Of a stretch of DNA of 64,000 bases, positions 40,315-53,177 are shown in pieces (position 1 is the stretch's first letter; each line of letters opens with the position of its first letter). A program made the translations under genes and the position numbers. Location of the stretch: the NCBI RefSeq assembly GCF_030028105.1, contig NC_092379.1, forward strand, positions 26,219,821 through 26,283,820. The letters run 5' to 3'. The stretch comes from Mobula birostris (Eukaryota). The notes under the pieces were generated by a model. The model worked only from the letters and a program-made list of their open reading frames with translations, was not told the DNA's origin and searched no databases.

Positions 40315-41230
40315 CCAGTTTTCTAAGCTCCATGTAGCTATCAAAGAGTCTTTGTTTTTTTTCAAGACCCTATTATACCCGCCTCTGCCACCGTAGCTGG
40401 CAGTGCATTCTAGAACCCATTTCGTTCTCTGGTAAAAAAAAACAACTTATCTCTGACATCCCCCATTGTATCTGCTCCGAAGCTTCTTAAAACTATCACC
40501 CTTGCGTTTGCAATTTCAGCCCTGAAAAAAAAAATATATATATGACTCTCCCTACAATCAATTCCATTCATCATATTATATTCCTCCTCCTGGTATCCTC
40601 TCACCCTTCTTCACTCTAAGGATATTAGACCACGTTAACTCAACCTATTCTCATGAGACATGTTCTCAAATCCAGACAACATCCTTAATAGACTCCACTG
40701 CACTATCTCTATGTTATCCACATCTGTCGAGTAGTGAGTTGCCCAGAACTGAAAACATCGAGCACACCATGGCTATTCTTATGTCAGACTTCACCTTCCC
40801 CTTCGTTGGCTTAGATGTGACCACAAGGTTATTGGTCTGGCTGCTGGTGCCTTACCCAAATAGGGTTTCCCTCTCAGTAATAAACAGTGGATTTTCCGGT
40901 TGCTGATGGGAATAGCGACAGAGCGACACTGCAATATTTTTCTCCCTTTATCTCTCTCTCTGTCTCTCTCTCTCCCTCTGTTCAGCCACCTACTCCCTGA
41001 ATTCTGCAGTATGGCTGTAACCCTCACTCAAAAGAGGTATCTATCAAATGTTCTGCCTCCCGGATGATGCTTAGTTCATCTAAATTACGCTCCAGCTCCT
41101 AAATGCCGGCTTTCATGAGCTGGAGTTGGCTGCACTTCCCGCAGGTGTAGTAATCAGGAAGATTATCAGATTTCATGAACACCGGCATCCTACCGGGGAA
41201 GCATTTTACTGCTATTTTTGTCATATTTCC
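40315..41230 (-). mobile_element. Heavily deleted CR1 (3' fragment joined to an ORF1 zinc-finger fragment)
   Basis: CR1 3' motifs at 40.3-40.8 kb and DYYTCGKCSQLQLMKAGI*ELERNLDEL at ~41060-41170. Confidence 0.7.
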
Positions 41231-41483
41231 TGCACTGTAAGCTTCTTGAGTCAGAGCTTGAAACTCCCACTCTAAATGCTGGCCTAATTCCAGGAATGTA
41301 GCCCCTCTTCACTCTTGGTACTTCACCTTAATTCCCGCCGCTGATTCGGCCTCCAGAATATCGAAACGCCCGTGAACTCTACGCCACTTGCCTGTAACCT
41401 ACTTGAAGTGCTCTGTTTTCGGACACTTTTTTTTCCCATTGTCCCGCTGAATTCTTAGCCAATTGCTGCTCTAACTGCGATTG

Positions 41484-44400
41484 TGTTACACGACCGTGGC
41501 GGGGGACGAACCCAAGTGCAGAATACGGGAGCAGGGGCAGATCACGAAGCGTTGTTGCCGTAGCCACCGTGGAATCGCTATCCAGAAGCGATGATACACT
41601 TGGAACTGAGAGTCCTAAGAACCTTGAAACGAGGTTACTAACAGCACCGTCAACCAACGAACTGGAAGCTCCATGTTGTGATCGCAGGGTCTTTAACTTG
41701 ATTTCCTGATGGAAAGGAAGTGTGTGTAGGTAGTGGATCCCTGGAATGATTCAAAATTAAACGGCGGGATTGAGGCCCAATTCCTGAGGCAACTAGCACG
41801 GCAGGGCATTGCTGAAAGGGTCGATAACATTGTCCCTCCTTCATTTGGAGCCTGCAGGCGATCCTGCAGGCCTGTCTGGATGGTCCCGATGAAAGTGTTG
41901 GATGAGGGAACGGTCTAGGATGAAAGAGGGGGGGACCTACGAACGCTTTTCTGGATCGTACCCTTCCCCCAGTCTACCAGGTATTGATAACCCCTGCCCC
42001 GAATGCGCACATCCAGTAGTCGTCGGACAGTGTATGCCGGATGGTTGTTGATGATATTGACAGGTGAGCGAGTCTCAGACGGGGGGCAGAAGGGGCTGAC
42101 AGAAACTGGCTTTGACTAGAAGGATGAAAGGTCGGGCGGATGTGCATAGATGTTGGCAGTTTTAAGCGGACCGCTGTGGGATTGATAACACTTTCGACCT
42201 TGAATAGTCCCAGAAAGCGAGAGGTGAGTTTTATATTCTCATTCTTGAGCGGGAAGTCCTTGAATGAACTCCACGCCATCTGCCCAGGTTAGTAGTCAGG
42301 CGCCGGAGACCGATGTCGGTCAGCCGTGTTGTTAATGCGATTTGCTGATCTGAGTAGGGCCGTAGTGTGGTGATCCAAACCTTAAGACATCGATCGTATC
42401 GGTCCTGAACAGACGGTACCGCAATCTCCTATTCTTGCGCGTGGAACAGCAGGGGTTGGTACACCAGGGAACACTAGAATGGAGACCTTCCAATGGCAGA
42501 TCTCACCACAGAGTTCTGGGCGTACTCAACCCATGAGAGGTGTTAGTTCCAGGTCTACCATTTTTTTTTTTTTGTTTTTTTTTTTTTTTGCAGCTACACA
42601 ACGCAGCGTAGCATACAGGTCTTGGTTGACCCGGTCTGTCTGCCAGTTCGTCTGCGGGTGGAAGCCGGATGACAGCTGACCGATGCACCTCAGGCTTGAC
42701 AGAAGGCTTTCCATACTTGCGAGACGAACTAGGGACCGCGATCGGAGACTATGTCCGCGGGGATTCCGTGGAGGCGGAAGACGTGGCGGTCGATAAGATC
42801 TGCGGTTTCTTGAGACGAAGGGAGTTTAGGGAGGGCTACGAAGTGCACCGCCTTGGAGAACACGGTCTACCACGGTGAGTATGGTGGTGTTTCCATGCGA
42901 AGGATGTAGACTGGTGACGAAGTGAAGGACGATGTACGACCAGGGACGACCAGGGACAAGCAGAGGACAAAGTAAACCCGCAGGTGGCTGATAGGAAGCT
43001 CTTCCCCGGGCACAGATGGAACATGCCGAGACATAGGAACGTGTATCCGCCTCCATGGACGGCCACCAAAATTGTTTTTCTCAGGAGCGCTACGGTCCTG
43101 TCACCCCCAGGTGGCAGGCGAACGGAGATGTGTACCCCTTTGCAAAGGCTGAGACCTGCCAGAAAAGGACACATACAGGCCATTAGCCGGTTCACTGCCG
43201 GGGTTGACGTCATTCGGTTGGGTTTCTTTTACTTTGTACTCAATCTCCCAAAATGAGGCTAGCAACCATGCAGGATGGCGGGAGGAGTGTCCCTGGGCTG
43301 GAAGTATCTACCTTGGAGTCGTTTCGGCAGGAGAGCGCAGCGCGTCAGACTTTCCGTTCTTGGATCGTGGACGGTATGTGAGGGAAAATTTAAACCGTCC
43401 AAAAAATAATGCCCAACGGGCCTGACGGGAGTTCAAGCGTTTGGCGGTCTAAATGTACCCTTTTTTTAAAAATTATCAGTCCACACAACAAACGGTTCTT
43501 CTGCACCCTCCAGCCAGTGCCTCAATTCTTCCAATGCTAGTTTGACCGCCAGGAGTGTCCGATTCCCCACGTCATAATAACGGTCGGTGGAGGCAGTCGG
43601 CGAGAAAAGAAGGCTCAGGGGTGAAGCTTTTCGTACGAACTTGATCGTTGGGATAGGATTGCTCCTATCCCGGAGACAGGGGCGTCCACGTCAACAATGA
43701 ATTGAGGGGCTGGGTCCGGATGGAGCAGGATGGGAGCAATAGTGAAACGCCTTTTCTAGTCAGTGAAAGCCGAGTCATCTTCGGCGTCCCAGAAGATGGG
43801 GGTAGTAGGCGAGGTTGCCGGGTAAGGGGGTGGGTACCACCACTCGATTGCAGTCTCTGATAAATCGGCGGTAGAAGTTTGCAAACCTCAAGAATTGTTG
43901 AAGTTTTTTGCAGGCCGTGGGCCTAGGCCATTCTTCCACAACCGGGATCTTCTGGGGTTCTGCTCTCACTTGCCCGATCCGAATGATATAACCCAGAAAG
44001 CTGACCGAAGGAAAGTGGAAAGTGGAAATCAGATTTCTCTGCCTTCACAAATAATTGGTTTTCTCACAGTCTCTAGAGGACTTGACGGACATAATGGACG
44101 TGTTCTTGGGGGCGGGGGGGGGGGGTGCTAGAAAATATCAGGATACCATAGAGGTAAACGACTACGAACCGATTAAAAAGGTCCCTCAAAACGTCATTAA
44201 TTGGGGCTTGAAAAACGCTGGAAGCATGGGTGAGGGCAAACGGCATGACCAAATATACCAAGTGGCCCAGAGGTGTATTAAAGTCCGTCTTCCACTCGCC
44301 CCCTCCCTCATCCTGACTAGCTGTAGGCGTTACGGAGGTCCAACTTTGAGAATATGGCGGCTCCATGCAATGGTTCAGAAGCTGAACTAATCAGGGGTAG

Positions 44401-46593
44401 AGGGCACTTATTCTTAATTTTTATACTGCTTAGGCCTTTCTAATCAATTCAAGGACGAAACGACCCGTCCTTCTTTTCCACAATGAAGAAACCGGCGCCT
44501 ACCGGGAATGTCTGATAATGTCCCGCCGGGAGGTGCTCGCTAATGTACTTTTCCATAGCTTCTCTCCCTGGTCGGGATAGGTTAAAAAGGCGACTGGTGT
44601 GTAGAAAGACTGGTGTGAAGAAGGTCGATGACACAATCATACGGGTGGTGCGGGGCAGGGAAAGGGACATGGTATTTACTGAATACCTGTCCCAGGTCAT
44701 GGTATTCCGTGGGGCCTCGGGACAAATCGATGGGTACCGGGACAGGCGAGGTCGCTGTAGCTTCCCTGGGAGACATGGCTGACTGCAGACAGTTGGCGTG
44801 GCAAGACTGGCTCCATTTGGCTATCCTCCCGACAGAACAGTCGATGTGGGGATTGTGTTGGGACAGCCATAGGTACCCTAAATACGGGGCTTGAGGTGAA
44901 TGAATGAGACTGAATCGTACCTCCTCACGATGGTTGCCGGATAGGATTAAGGTCAGGGGCAGCGTATAGTGGGTCACCCGAGCCAGCAGTTTTCCGTCCA
45001 GGGCCGGACCTTCAAGCGGCTCCCGGGGTATTCCAGCCTGGAAGGAGATGACTTCGTCCAGCAGATTGCTCTGCGCACCGAAATCCACCAAAGCGGATAG
45101 GGACAGGGACTGTCCTTGGTAATTCACTGTAGCCGGCATCTGCATCCGAGTCTGGGGGGCTGAAGGGAATATTGTCCGGCTCACCAGGGCCCCCTTTTTC
45201 ACTGGTGAGTCCTCTCTCTTTGGCCGCTGAGTGCAGGTATCTCGGAAATGTTCTGGCTGGCCACATTATTAACAATCCTCAGCTCTTCACCTCCGAAGTC
45301 GTTCGACCGAGGAGAGACTGTTCCGTCCCAGCTGCATCGGTTCCTCCCCCAAAGTGGTGGGGACGGTGGGAGCAAGAGTTGCACTTGGAGCGGCTGGGGA
45401 ACGAAGGCTGGCTAAGACTGATAAGGTGGACCGTGGGCTTCCCCGAGGAACGGGGCGACTGGTTCTTTCTCTCAGCAGCTGTTTGAAGTCGATTATTTAA
45501 TCTAGTGGCTAGCGAGATCAGACAGTCCAGACAGTCCGGGTGGCCCCTCACCCCCAATTCATCCTTTATCTTGTCCGAGAGGCCCTATAGAACACCTCCC
45601 TTAGGGCCTCGTCATTCCACCCTGAATCTGTAGCAAAGGTTCGGAACTCGATGGAGTATCGTGCTACGCTTCGTGAACGCTGACAAAATGTCAGCAAGCA
45701 TTCAGCAGCGTCCTTACTACGAATCGGTTGTTCAAAGACATTCCTTATTACAGCTACAAAGAAGGGGAAGGAGGAACAAACCTTGAGTCGGTTATCCCAT
45801 ATCGTGGTTTCCCAAGCTAAGGCATCCCCGCCTAACGGCCCAATGATGTACGCGAACTTGCATTACCTGAAGTGTAAGTAGGTGGCTGTAGCGCAAAGAC
45901 CAGAGAGCATTCTAACAGGGAAGGCCCAGCACCTCCCTAGGTCCTCAGCGTAGGGTTCGGGCTTGGGTACGTATGGCTCCCGAAGGGACTGTGTTGTTGA
46001 TCCCAGCGGCGACGCTATCTAGAGCGGTGCGGTATGGGTAGCCGGCGTTCTTGGAGAGGACGGAAACAGGGAAGCAGGAACTCGGTCCACCTGCTCACTG
46101 ACCTTCGTACAATCGTGGATAGCGTCCAAAGGTTTTCCGTGACCTTCCCAAGTAGTTAGTCGTGGGCGCGCAGTAGGAAGCTCTGGCTGGCGAGAGCCTG
46201 TTGTACGGGATCGGTATCCGCTGGGTTCATTATGGACGTTTTTTTCAGAATCACGATCGTGGCGGTAGACGAACCCAAGTGCAAAATATGGGCGCGGGGG
46301 CAGAGTCGGGAGGAGTTGTTGCCCGAGCGAGCGTGGAATCGGTATCCAGAGGGATGCTGGACTTATAAATAACACTTCTAAGAAGCAAGAAACGAGGTTA
46401 CTGACACCGGATTCGACCAACGAACTGGCAGCTCCTTTTTCTGATCACAAGTTCTTTATCCTGCATTTTCTGATGGAAAGCAGGTGTGTGTAGTTTTTGG
46501 AACCTGGGAAACATTGGAAAATACTTGAGGGGATTGAGGTCCAATTCTTGAGGTAAATAGCACGGTGTGAGCCTGCCAGAAGGCACCATGACA
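41484..46593 (-). mobile_element. Near-full-length decayed Ty3/Gypsy chromovirus (sushi-like): LTR-gag-pro-RT-RNH-INT-chromo-LTR
   Basis: LTRs at 41484-41829 and ~46248-46593, with PPT gaaggagggacaa next to the 3' LTR. Gag starts MNPADTDPVQQAL (46230) and includes YSIEFRTFATDSGWNDEAL. Other motifs: protease ALVDFGAQSNL; [24 protein letters not shown]...[12 protein letters not shown]; chromodomain [10 protein letters not shown]...YQYLVDW. Multiple frameshifts are present. Confidence 0.93.
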
Positions 46594-46599
46594 GTTTAC

Positions 46600-47500
46600 A
46601 AGTTGGCCGATGACACTAACTTGGTGGTCTGGATCTCAGCCGCAGATTGACGGAGAGCTCGATGGAACACCCTTGAACACATGAGTCTTGCGACTTAATG
46701 TCTGTATGTATGGATCAGTTTCAATGGCAACCGGTGTTAGAAAACATAGACGGTGACAGGGAGATACCGACAGAGAGAAGAAGAGAGGGAGAGAGTAATA
46801 GAGAGAGAGAAAGAAAGAGAGAGAGAGAGAGAAGGGGGGGAGAGAGAGAGATATTTCAAACGATGGGTAAATGCAAAAAGGCACAGAAATGTGTTAGGAG
46901 TTTGAGGAGATGCGGCCTGACATTTGAAACGTTGACAAACTCTATAGATATTCAGTGAGGAGTATATAGACTGACCGCAACACATCCTTGTATACATACA
47001 CTAATATCCTTGAAGGGGAACTGCAAAATATGCAGTTAAGACTCAGTAAATAATCAGTGAAGTCGTCACAACCTTTGATCACATCTACATGAAAAGCTGT
47101 TGAAGGAAACAGCAATTATCATTATGGATGTTCACCACGTGGGACATGCTGGTTTATCTCTGATGCAACAAAGAGGAAGCTATTGGGGCCTCAGGGCGCG
47201 TACCACCAGATTGACGAGTCTACTACCATACAGACACCAGCTTCTAGAAAAAAGATGAATAACTGCACCCATCTTCACTTTCCTCATCATTGAACTATTA
47301 CCACAAAAAAATGGACTCACTTTCAAAAATTAACCATTTCAGTTCTCGATATGTATTGCTTAATTATAATTTCCTTTTCCTATGTTATATCTGTCGTTTA
47401 TTGTCTTCTGCCCTCTGGCGGAATTTTATTGATATCATTGCAGTTTTACGCGTTGATTTAGTGGCCTGATGGTAAATGATAATGATCGTTGAAGGTCAAT
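46600..47500 (+). mobile_element. Decayed Rex1/L2-type LINE 3' portion, interrupted by a GA-rich tract
   Basis: YKLADDTNLV at 46600-46630 and an IIMDVHHVGHA...RTTR-like C-terminal motif at ~47120-47220. Confidence 0.6.
46750..46852. repeat. Imperfect (GA)n tract
   Basis: gagagagaaagaaagagagagagagagagaagggggagagagagag. Confidence 0.85.
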
Positions 47501-49305
47501 GCATTAATGCCTAAAAGAAATTAGAGGAATGCCACAATTTTCGGATAATGTGTGCTCTCTGGATAAGTGACCCTGCAACACACATTGAGGGCTTTTCTTC
47601 CCTGAAGTCGCGTGGAGTCCATACTCGGAGGGATAACATGGATAGGCAGGAAAATGCGACTGCTGAGGCAAGAGTTTCACCTTGTATGAGGCAGATGAAC
47701 AAATTCAAAAGATTTGAAGTCTCACAGGTTGCTGTTCTTTCATTCTCCTCAGGATACCTTCATACCGCCCCAATATATCATCCCTCTGTACTTCACCTTT
47801 TCCATTTCATCTTGTGCGTCTATAATTTCTGGGCGAACGTCACAGTGCAGCTGATAGAACACATGAAGGCTCTGTTTCCTTAATGCACCCAGAAAATTGT
47901 AAATAAAGCAAAAAGAAAAACATAAATAAATCAAAAGGCTGTATTCAATTTGAAAGCAAGAGACTCGATCAGTCGGTAAAGAGCACCCTCCTCTGCGAGA
48001 GCTTATTGACCCTTCACGGCTACCGAGCAACAAGCAAATCCGAGACTCCGGACCACAGAGTAGATGTTCCTCGGTGCTCTCAAGTCCGTGTATATCAAAT
48101 CAGGATTGTGCACCGCACCCGGGTTGACAAATAACAGACATCACCACCGCAGTGGCCGCTGCGAGCTGTGTCGCGTCGCCATCTTCTCCTCTCACCGGGA
48201 CGTTTTCTTACCTCCTTCGTGCCAGGATCTGGAATGTCACGTTTGGGGTCCGTAATTTGCTGAAGGGCAACCGGCCAGATATCTTGCTGCACATTGGCAA
48301 AAAATGAAAAGCTGGACAGGTTGAGGAGGTCCTGTAGAAAGAAATTAAGGAGCTAGGCATAAATCTGAGAAACGGCAAACCTATGCTATTAATCTCTGGA
48401 TTGCTGCCCGTGTCAAATGCCATTTAGGGTTAGAATAGAACCATTTCAGAGGTGAATGCGTTGTGCTGGAACTGGTGAAAGAGGCAGTTGTTAAGATTTC
48501 TGCATTTTTGGGAATCTTCTGTCAAAGTTATGATCTATACAAATGGGACGGGATGCAGCTGATTCCGAGAGAATCCAATCCCTTTGCCGGCATGTTGGCT
48601 AGAGGTGCACTGATTCGTTAACCCAACTTAGCACGGCGGTGTGAACCTGAGCAGAAGGGCAGAGAATCAGTTAGTAAGTTTGCAAGTGAAGGCAATCTGT
48701 CATGAGACCCAAAAAATAGAGGCTGATGATGGGGCAAACGTGCGGTCAACAGGTCATGACGCAATGTATGAAAGAGAAAAAATAATTGCAAAGGACTGAA
48801 AATGCATTATTTGAATGCGCGCAATATACATAATATGTAACATGGGGCACAGATTGGTATGTACGATGTTTTAGGGTTAATTTGCAAGAATACACATTGA
48901 TTCGAAAAGTCAGGCAGGAAGAGAAGGATTGGCTTTGCTCTGTCAGAGTATTTCAACCTGTCTCCTATTACAGTAGCATGTGGTTGAGCCTATTAGGGGA
49001 ACATCTTTTCTTGGTTCAATGTTGTGGCACGAGACGTAATTGATTATAGTCTGTTCGGGGGAAGAAACTTTTGGGGCAATTGATCGAATTCACCTTGAAC
49101 TTTAAGAAGAAGATAAATTCAGATGTATTCTTATTTGGATAGAGTAAAGGGTATTAGAGAGGAATGAGAGAATTGAGGGAGAAGTTGAACAGAATTGATT
49201 AGAAAAGATCATTAGCTGGGATTTCAGAGGCGAGTGAGAATGTCGCTCAGCTGAAACAGTTGCTGCAGAGAACTAATGGGGTACGAGTAAGTGACGGGCG
49301 TGTTG

Positions 49306-51158
49306 TGTCACAATAGGATGCTGGGAACGGACCCAACTGCAAAACACAGACACTGAAGTACAAGGAACTGGACTTGACTCGAGGAGGGACGTAACAGGAT
49401 TCACGCAAGGATCAGGGACAAGAACCCAGGCTTGGGCTAGGAAAAGCGAGACCAGGAATAGGAACCATCGACTAGAAGACAAGGCTTGGACTCCGAGCCA
49501 AAGACTGGACAGGGACCCAGAACCTGGGTCTTGCCTCAGGCTCGGACAGCAGAACTAGGCAAGGACATGACGTAGTTTGAGTCTGGAGTTGGGATCCTCG
49601 AGGCTTGGGGTCTTGGGTCTTGAACTTGGCTTAAGACGCTCGATGCCTGGGGTCTTGGGTCTTGAGCATAGCTTGGGATCCTCGAGGCTTGGGGTCTTGG
49701 GTCTTAAGCTTGGGTGCAGGCTGGGGTCTTGGGTCTTGAGCTTGGCTTGGGATTCTGGAGGCTTGGGGTCTTGAGTCTTGAGCTTGGCTGCATGCTGAGA
49801 ATTTGGGACTTCAGCTTGGCTTGGGTTCTTGAAGGTTAGCTTGGGATCCTCGAGGATTGGGGTCTTGGGTCTTGAGCTTGGCTTTGGATCCTTGAGGCCT
49901 GGGGTCTTGGGTCTTGAGCTTGGCTTGGGAATCTTGAGGCTTGGGGTCTTGGGCCTTGAGCTTGGCTTGGGATCCCCGAGGCTTGGGGTCTTGGCTCTTG
50001 AGCTTGGCTTGGGATCCTCGAGGATTGGGTTCTTGGGTCTTGAGCTTGGCAGCAGGCTGGGGTTTTGCGTCTTGTGCTTGGCTAGGGATCCTCAAGGCTT
50101 GTGTTCTTGAAGCTTGACTTGGGATCCTCGAGGTTTGGGTTCTTGGAGCTTGACTTAGGATCGTCTAGGCTTGGGTTCTTGGAGCTTTGCTCGGGATCCT
50201 CGAGGCTTGGATTCTTGGAGCTTGGCTTGCGTTGGGATCTTCGAGGCTTGGAATCTTGACCTTGGTTTGGGATCTTCGAGGCTTGGGGTCTTGGGTCGTG
50301 AGCTTGGATTGGGATTTTTTAAGCTTAGGCTCTTGGGTCTTGAGCTTTGCTGCAGGATCTCGAGGTTTGGGCTATTGGAGCTTGGCTGCGGGATCGTCGA
50401 GGCTTGGGTTCTTCAGTCTTGAGATTGGTTGCGTGATACTCGAGACTGGAGTTGTTGGAGGTCAGAGACACTCTGGGAACCAAACATCAACATGGAGCCG
50501 GAACTTATACAAAGACAAGCCGGGACTCAAATTCTCCACACCAAGGTGGGACAGGTCCACCTGTTGGGTAACGGTAGGACCTTCAGACTTCCCCAACAGA
50601 GGCAAATACAAGACATCTCCCCCCGTAGGGCAACGGCATGACGGCCTGACTTACCCCACGGAGGCGAGAACAAGAAGAGACAAACACCAACGAGCAACAG
50701 ACAGTTCCATCTCTGCTCCGGGTAACTCCAAGTCTCAGTTCAGCCAGCAACCCCAGCTGGCTACAGAAACAGCCGGATCCCTACATAGCCGGATCCCTAC
50801 CTAGCTCGGAGGCAGATTTAGGCAGCCACTGAGCTGGCCCTGGCAACTGCCGAATCCATACCGCAAAGAACACTCCAACGAGTGGCAGCAAGGCTCCATG
50901 AAGATGTGGTCCTCCAACCAGGCCTAGAGATCACAAATGGTTTCACTAGGCTTCCATCAGCAGGTTGCTCCAAAGGGGACTGACGAGACAAACCAGCAGC
51001 CCACACTCTATCCCAAGGCTACTTATATTGCAAGCCCAAAGATGGGAATCAAGTGCCTTTGATTTAGTAAAACAATGGACAGCTGGAAGACCCGGAGTCC
51101 TAAGTCCATGGACCGGGCCATGAACCGGAATACGGACTTATCGGACCGGACAATGATA
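49306..51158 (-). mobile_element. Solo LTR (~1850 bp) related to family Y, with a 42-bp minisatellite
   Basis: The reverse complement shares both termini (tgtcatggtcc-like start, ...ttgtgaca end) and internal blocks (ctcgcctccgtggggtaagtcaggccg; gaggcaagacccagg) with 25380-27332. No TSD was recognised. Confidence 0.82.
49575..50420 (+). repeat. 42-bp minisatellite (gagcttggcttgggatcctcgaggcttggggtcttgggtctt), about 20 units
   Basis: Direct tandem units that degrade toward both ends; the 14-aa periodicity is visible in ORF 49811-50095. Confidence 0.93.
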
Positions 51159-52324
51159 TAATGAAAACAAAAAATGCATCAGTTTTCAACGTTGAAGAGA
51201 ATAGCTTTATAGTGCAATTTCTCTTTTAGTGGTAATGAAGTGTATGAAGTTACCATTACTCGGAAGATTGGTTTTGGGAAACCGGAGGTTCTGAAGGGAG
51301 ATAAGTTATCTGGACCAAATAGTGTACGCCCAGGAGCTTTGAAATTTGTGGCTTCAGGGGTTGTGGGGTGATTATTAATGATCTTTCAAGTATTTCTACA
51401 TTCTGTAATGTTTCTGAAGACAGCAACATTGAAACTGCCACTCCGCTATTGAACAGAGAGAGACGCAGCATAATGAAAAATATACGCCTGATAGTCTGAC
51501 TTCATTGTTTAGGAAGATGAAGGATTTGATTGATGAGTATGTGGTTTCGGGGTACTTGGAGACAAAAAATAAAGAAAAAAAGGCAGTGGACGGCTTGGAT
51601 TCGTCATGGGGAAATCTTGTCTAACAAATCCGTTGGAATTTTTTGAAAATATAACAAGCAGGATAGACAATCTGTTGATTTGGTATATTTTGATTTTTCA
51701 GAACGCCCGTGAGAAGCCGTCACACCTGGGGCTGCTTAACCGCTACGAGCCACTGGTATTACTTCGCAGATTCTGACATGGTTCAAGCAGTGTCTGACTG
51801 ACAGAACACAAATAGTGAAAGTAATGGAGCCTTTTCTTGTTGACTGCTGGTCTTACACAGGGCACTGTGTTGGGTCCGATTATTTTTACGTTAATTGTAA
51901 ATGACATGGATAATAGAATTATTGTCTTTGCAGGATTTGAAGGTAGTTCGAGGAAGGAAATTTTGAGAACTTAGGGAGGACAGGGTTGGACTTAGCCACG
52001 TTAGAAGAAAGGACAAAGAAGGGCAGATGGAACACAGTGTGGGGAACCGTAAGGGAAATGAACGTTTTGGCAAATTACTAAATGGATAAACAGTAGAGGT
52101 TAAACAGTCAGACAAAGGAAATAGGGAATGCTTGTGCACGATTCTCTGAAAGTTAATATGCAGGTTGAGTCTGCGTTGAGGAATGCAAATGCGATGTTAA
52201 CATTCATTTCAATAGGTCTAGGATATAAAAGCAAGGATGTAATGTTGCGATTTTACAAAACACATCTGAAGCCTCATTTGGAGTATGATGAGCAGCTTTA
52301 GGCCCGGATTTTAGAAATGAAACT

Positions 52325-53177
52325 ATGAGGTGCAATACTGTACAAAACGCAAGATATCTTGAATCAGGAGTCTTTGTGCACATTATACTGGTCCCTTAAT
52401 CCCATACATGACTTGCGGTGCAGAGGTATTGGAAAACACATGCATACATAACAAATACAAACTCAATGTTTCTACTCCAAAAGAAAGCCATACGAATTGC
52501 AAATAAGACAAGTTATTATGAGTCAACCAAAACATTATTTATGCAACTAAACACTCTAAAATTCAAAGATTTCGTAGATTTTAAAATAATTCAAATTATG
52601 TTTCAAGTAAAAAAAAATGGACAGTTACCACAAAGTATGCGCAGATTGGTTAAAATGAGAAGAAGTCAACTTGCTTTGAGAGGAACATGCATATTTCAAA
52701 AACAAAGGATAATAACACATGTAAAAATCATTGTATTTTAGTCAGAGGGGTGAATCTATGGAACAGTTGCAGTAAGAATGTAAAAGCTTGTACCACACAT
52801 AGCAAGTTTAAATATATATTTAGAAATAATATAACGAACAAATATAAATGTAAACGATTAAAAATGAACTGGAGTCATGTAAATAAATGATAATTAGGAT
52901 TGGATTTTAGTAGGAGGCGACTATGTGGTAAAATAAAGTGCTGTCTTTTTTTTCTGAAATTGACTCCTTCTACCTTCAAAATTACTCATCAATCAACCCC
53001 TTTAAGTAAGAGAAGCAGATGTAATAAGTTTTAGCTTCAGCCTGAACGCTTTCGGTCTTTTAAAAAAAATATATTATTTAAATTTGTTTTATGAAATCAT
53101 CGTTATGAAATAATAGTTGAAAATTATGATTTTTGGTTTGTTTCTACAGACCGAAATAAAATTAAATTCATTCATTC
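52325..53177 (+). mobile_element. AT-rich L2/Crack-type LINE 3' fragment inserted into the old CR1
   Basis: ORF 52418-52741 reads FLLQKKAIRIANKTSYYESTKTLF...LKFKDFVDFK, then VRGVNLWNS. The tail is aataaa...(ttca)3. The TSD is AAACT (52320-52324 and 53178-53182), and the CR1 host rejoins across it. Confidence 0.82.

Noticed and set aside
49577-50422. Periodic ORFs on both strands (LGVLGLELGLG / SQAKLKAQDPKP) as repeat proteins
   Set aside because: A 42-nt unit keeps frames open by arithmetic; the frames break repeatedly and lie within a solo LTR.
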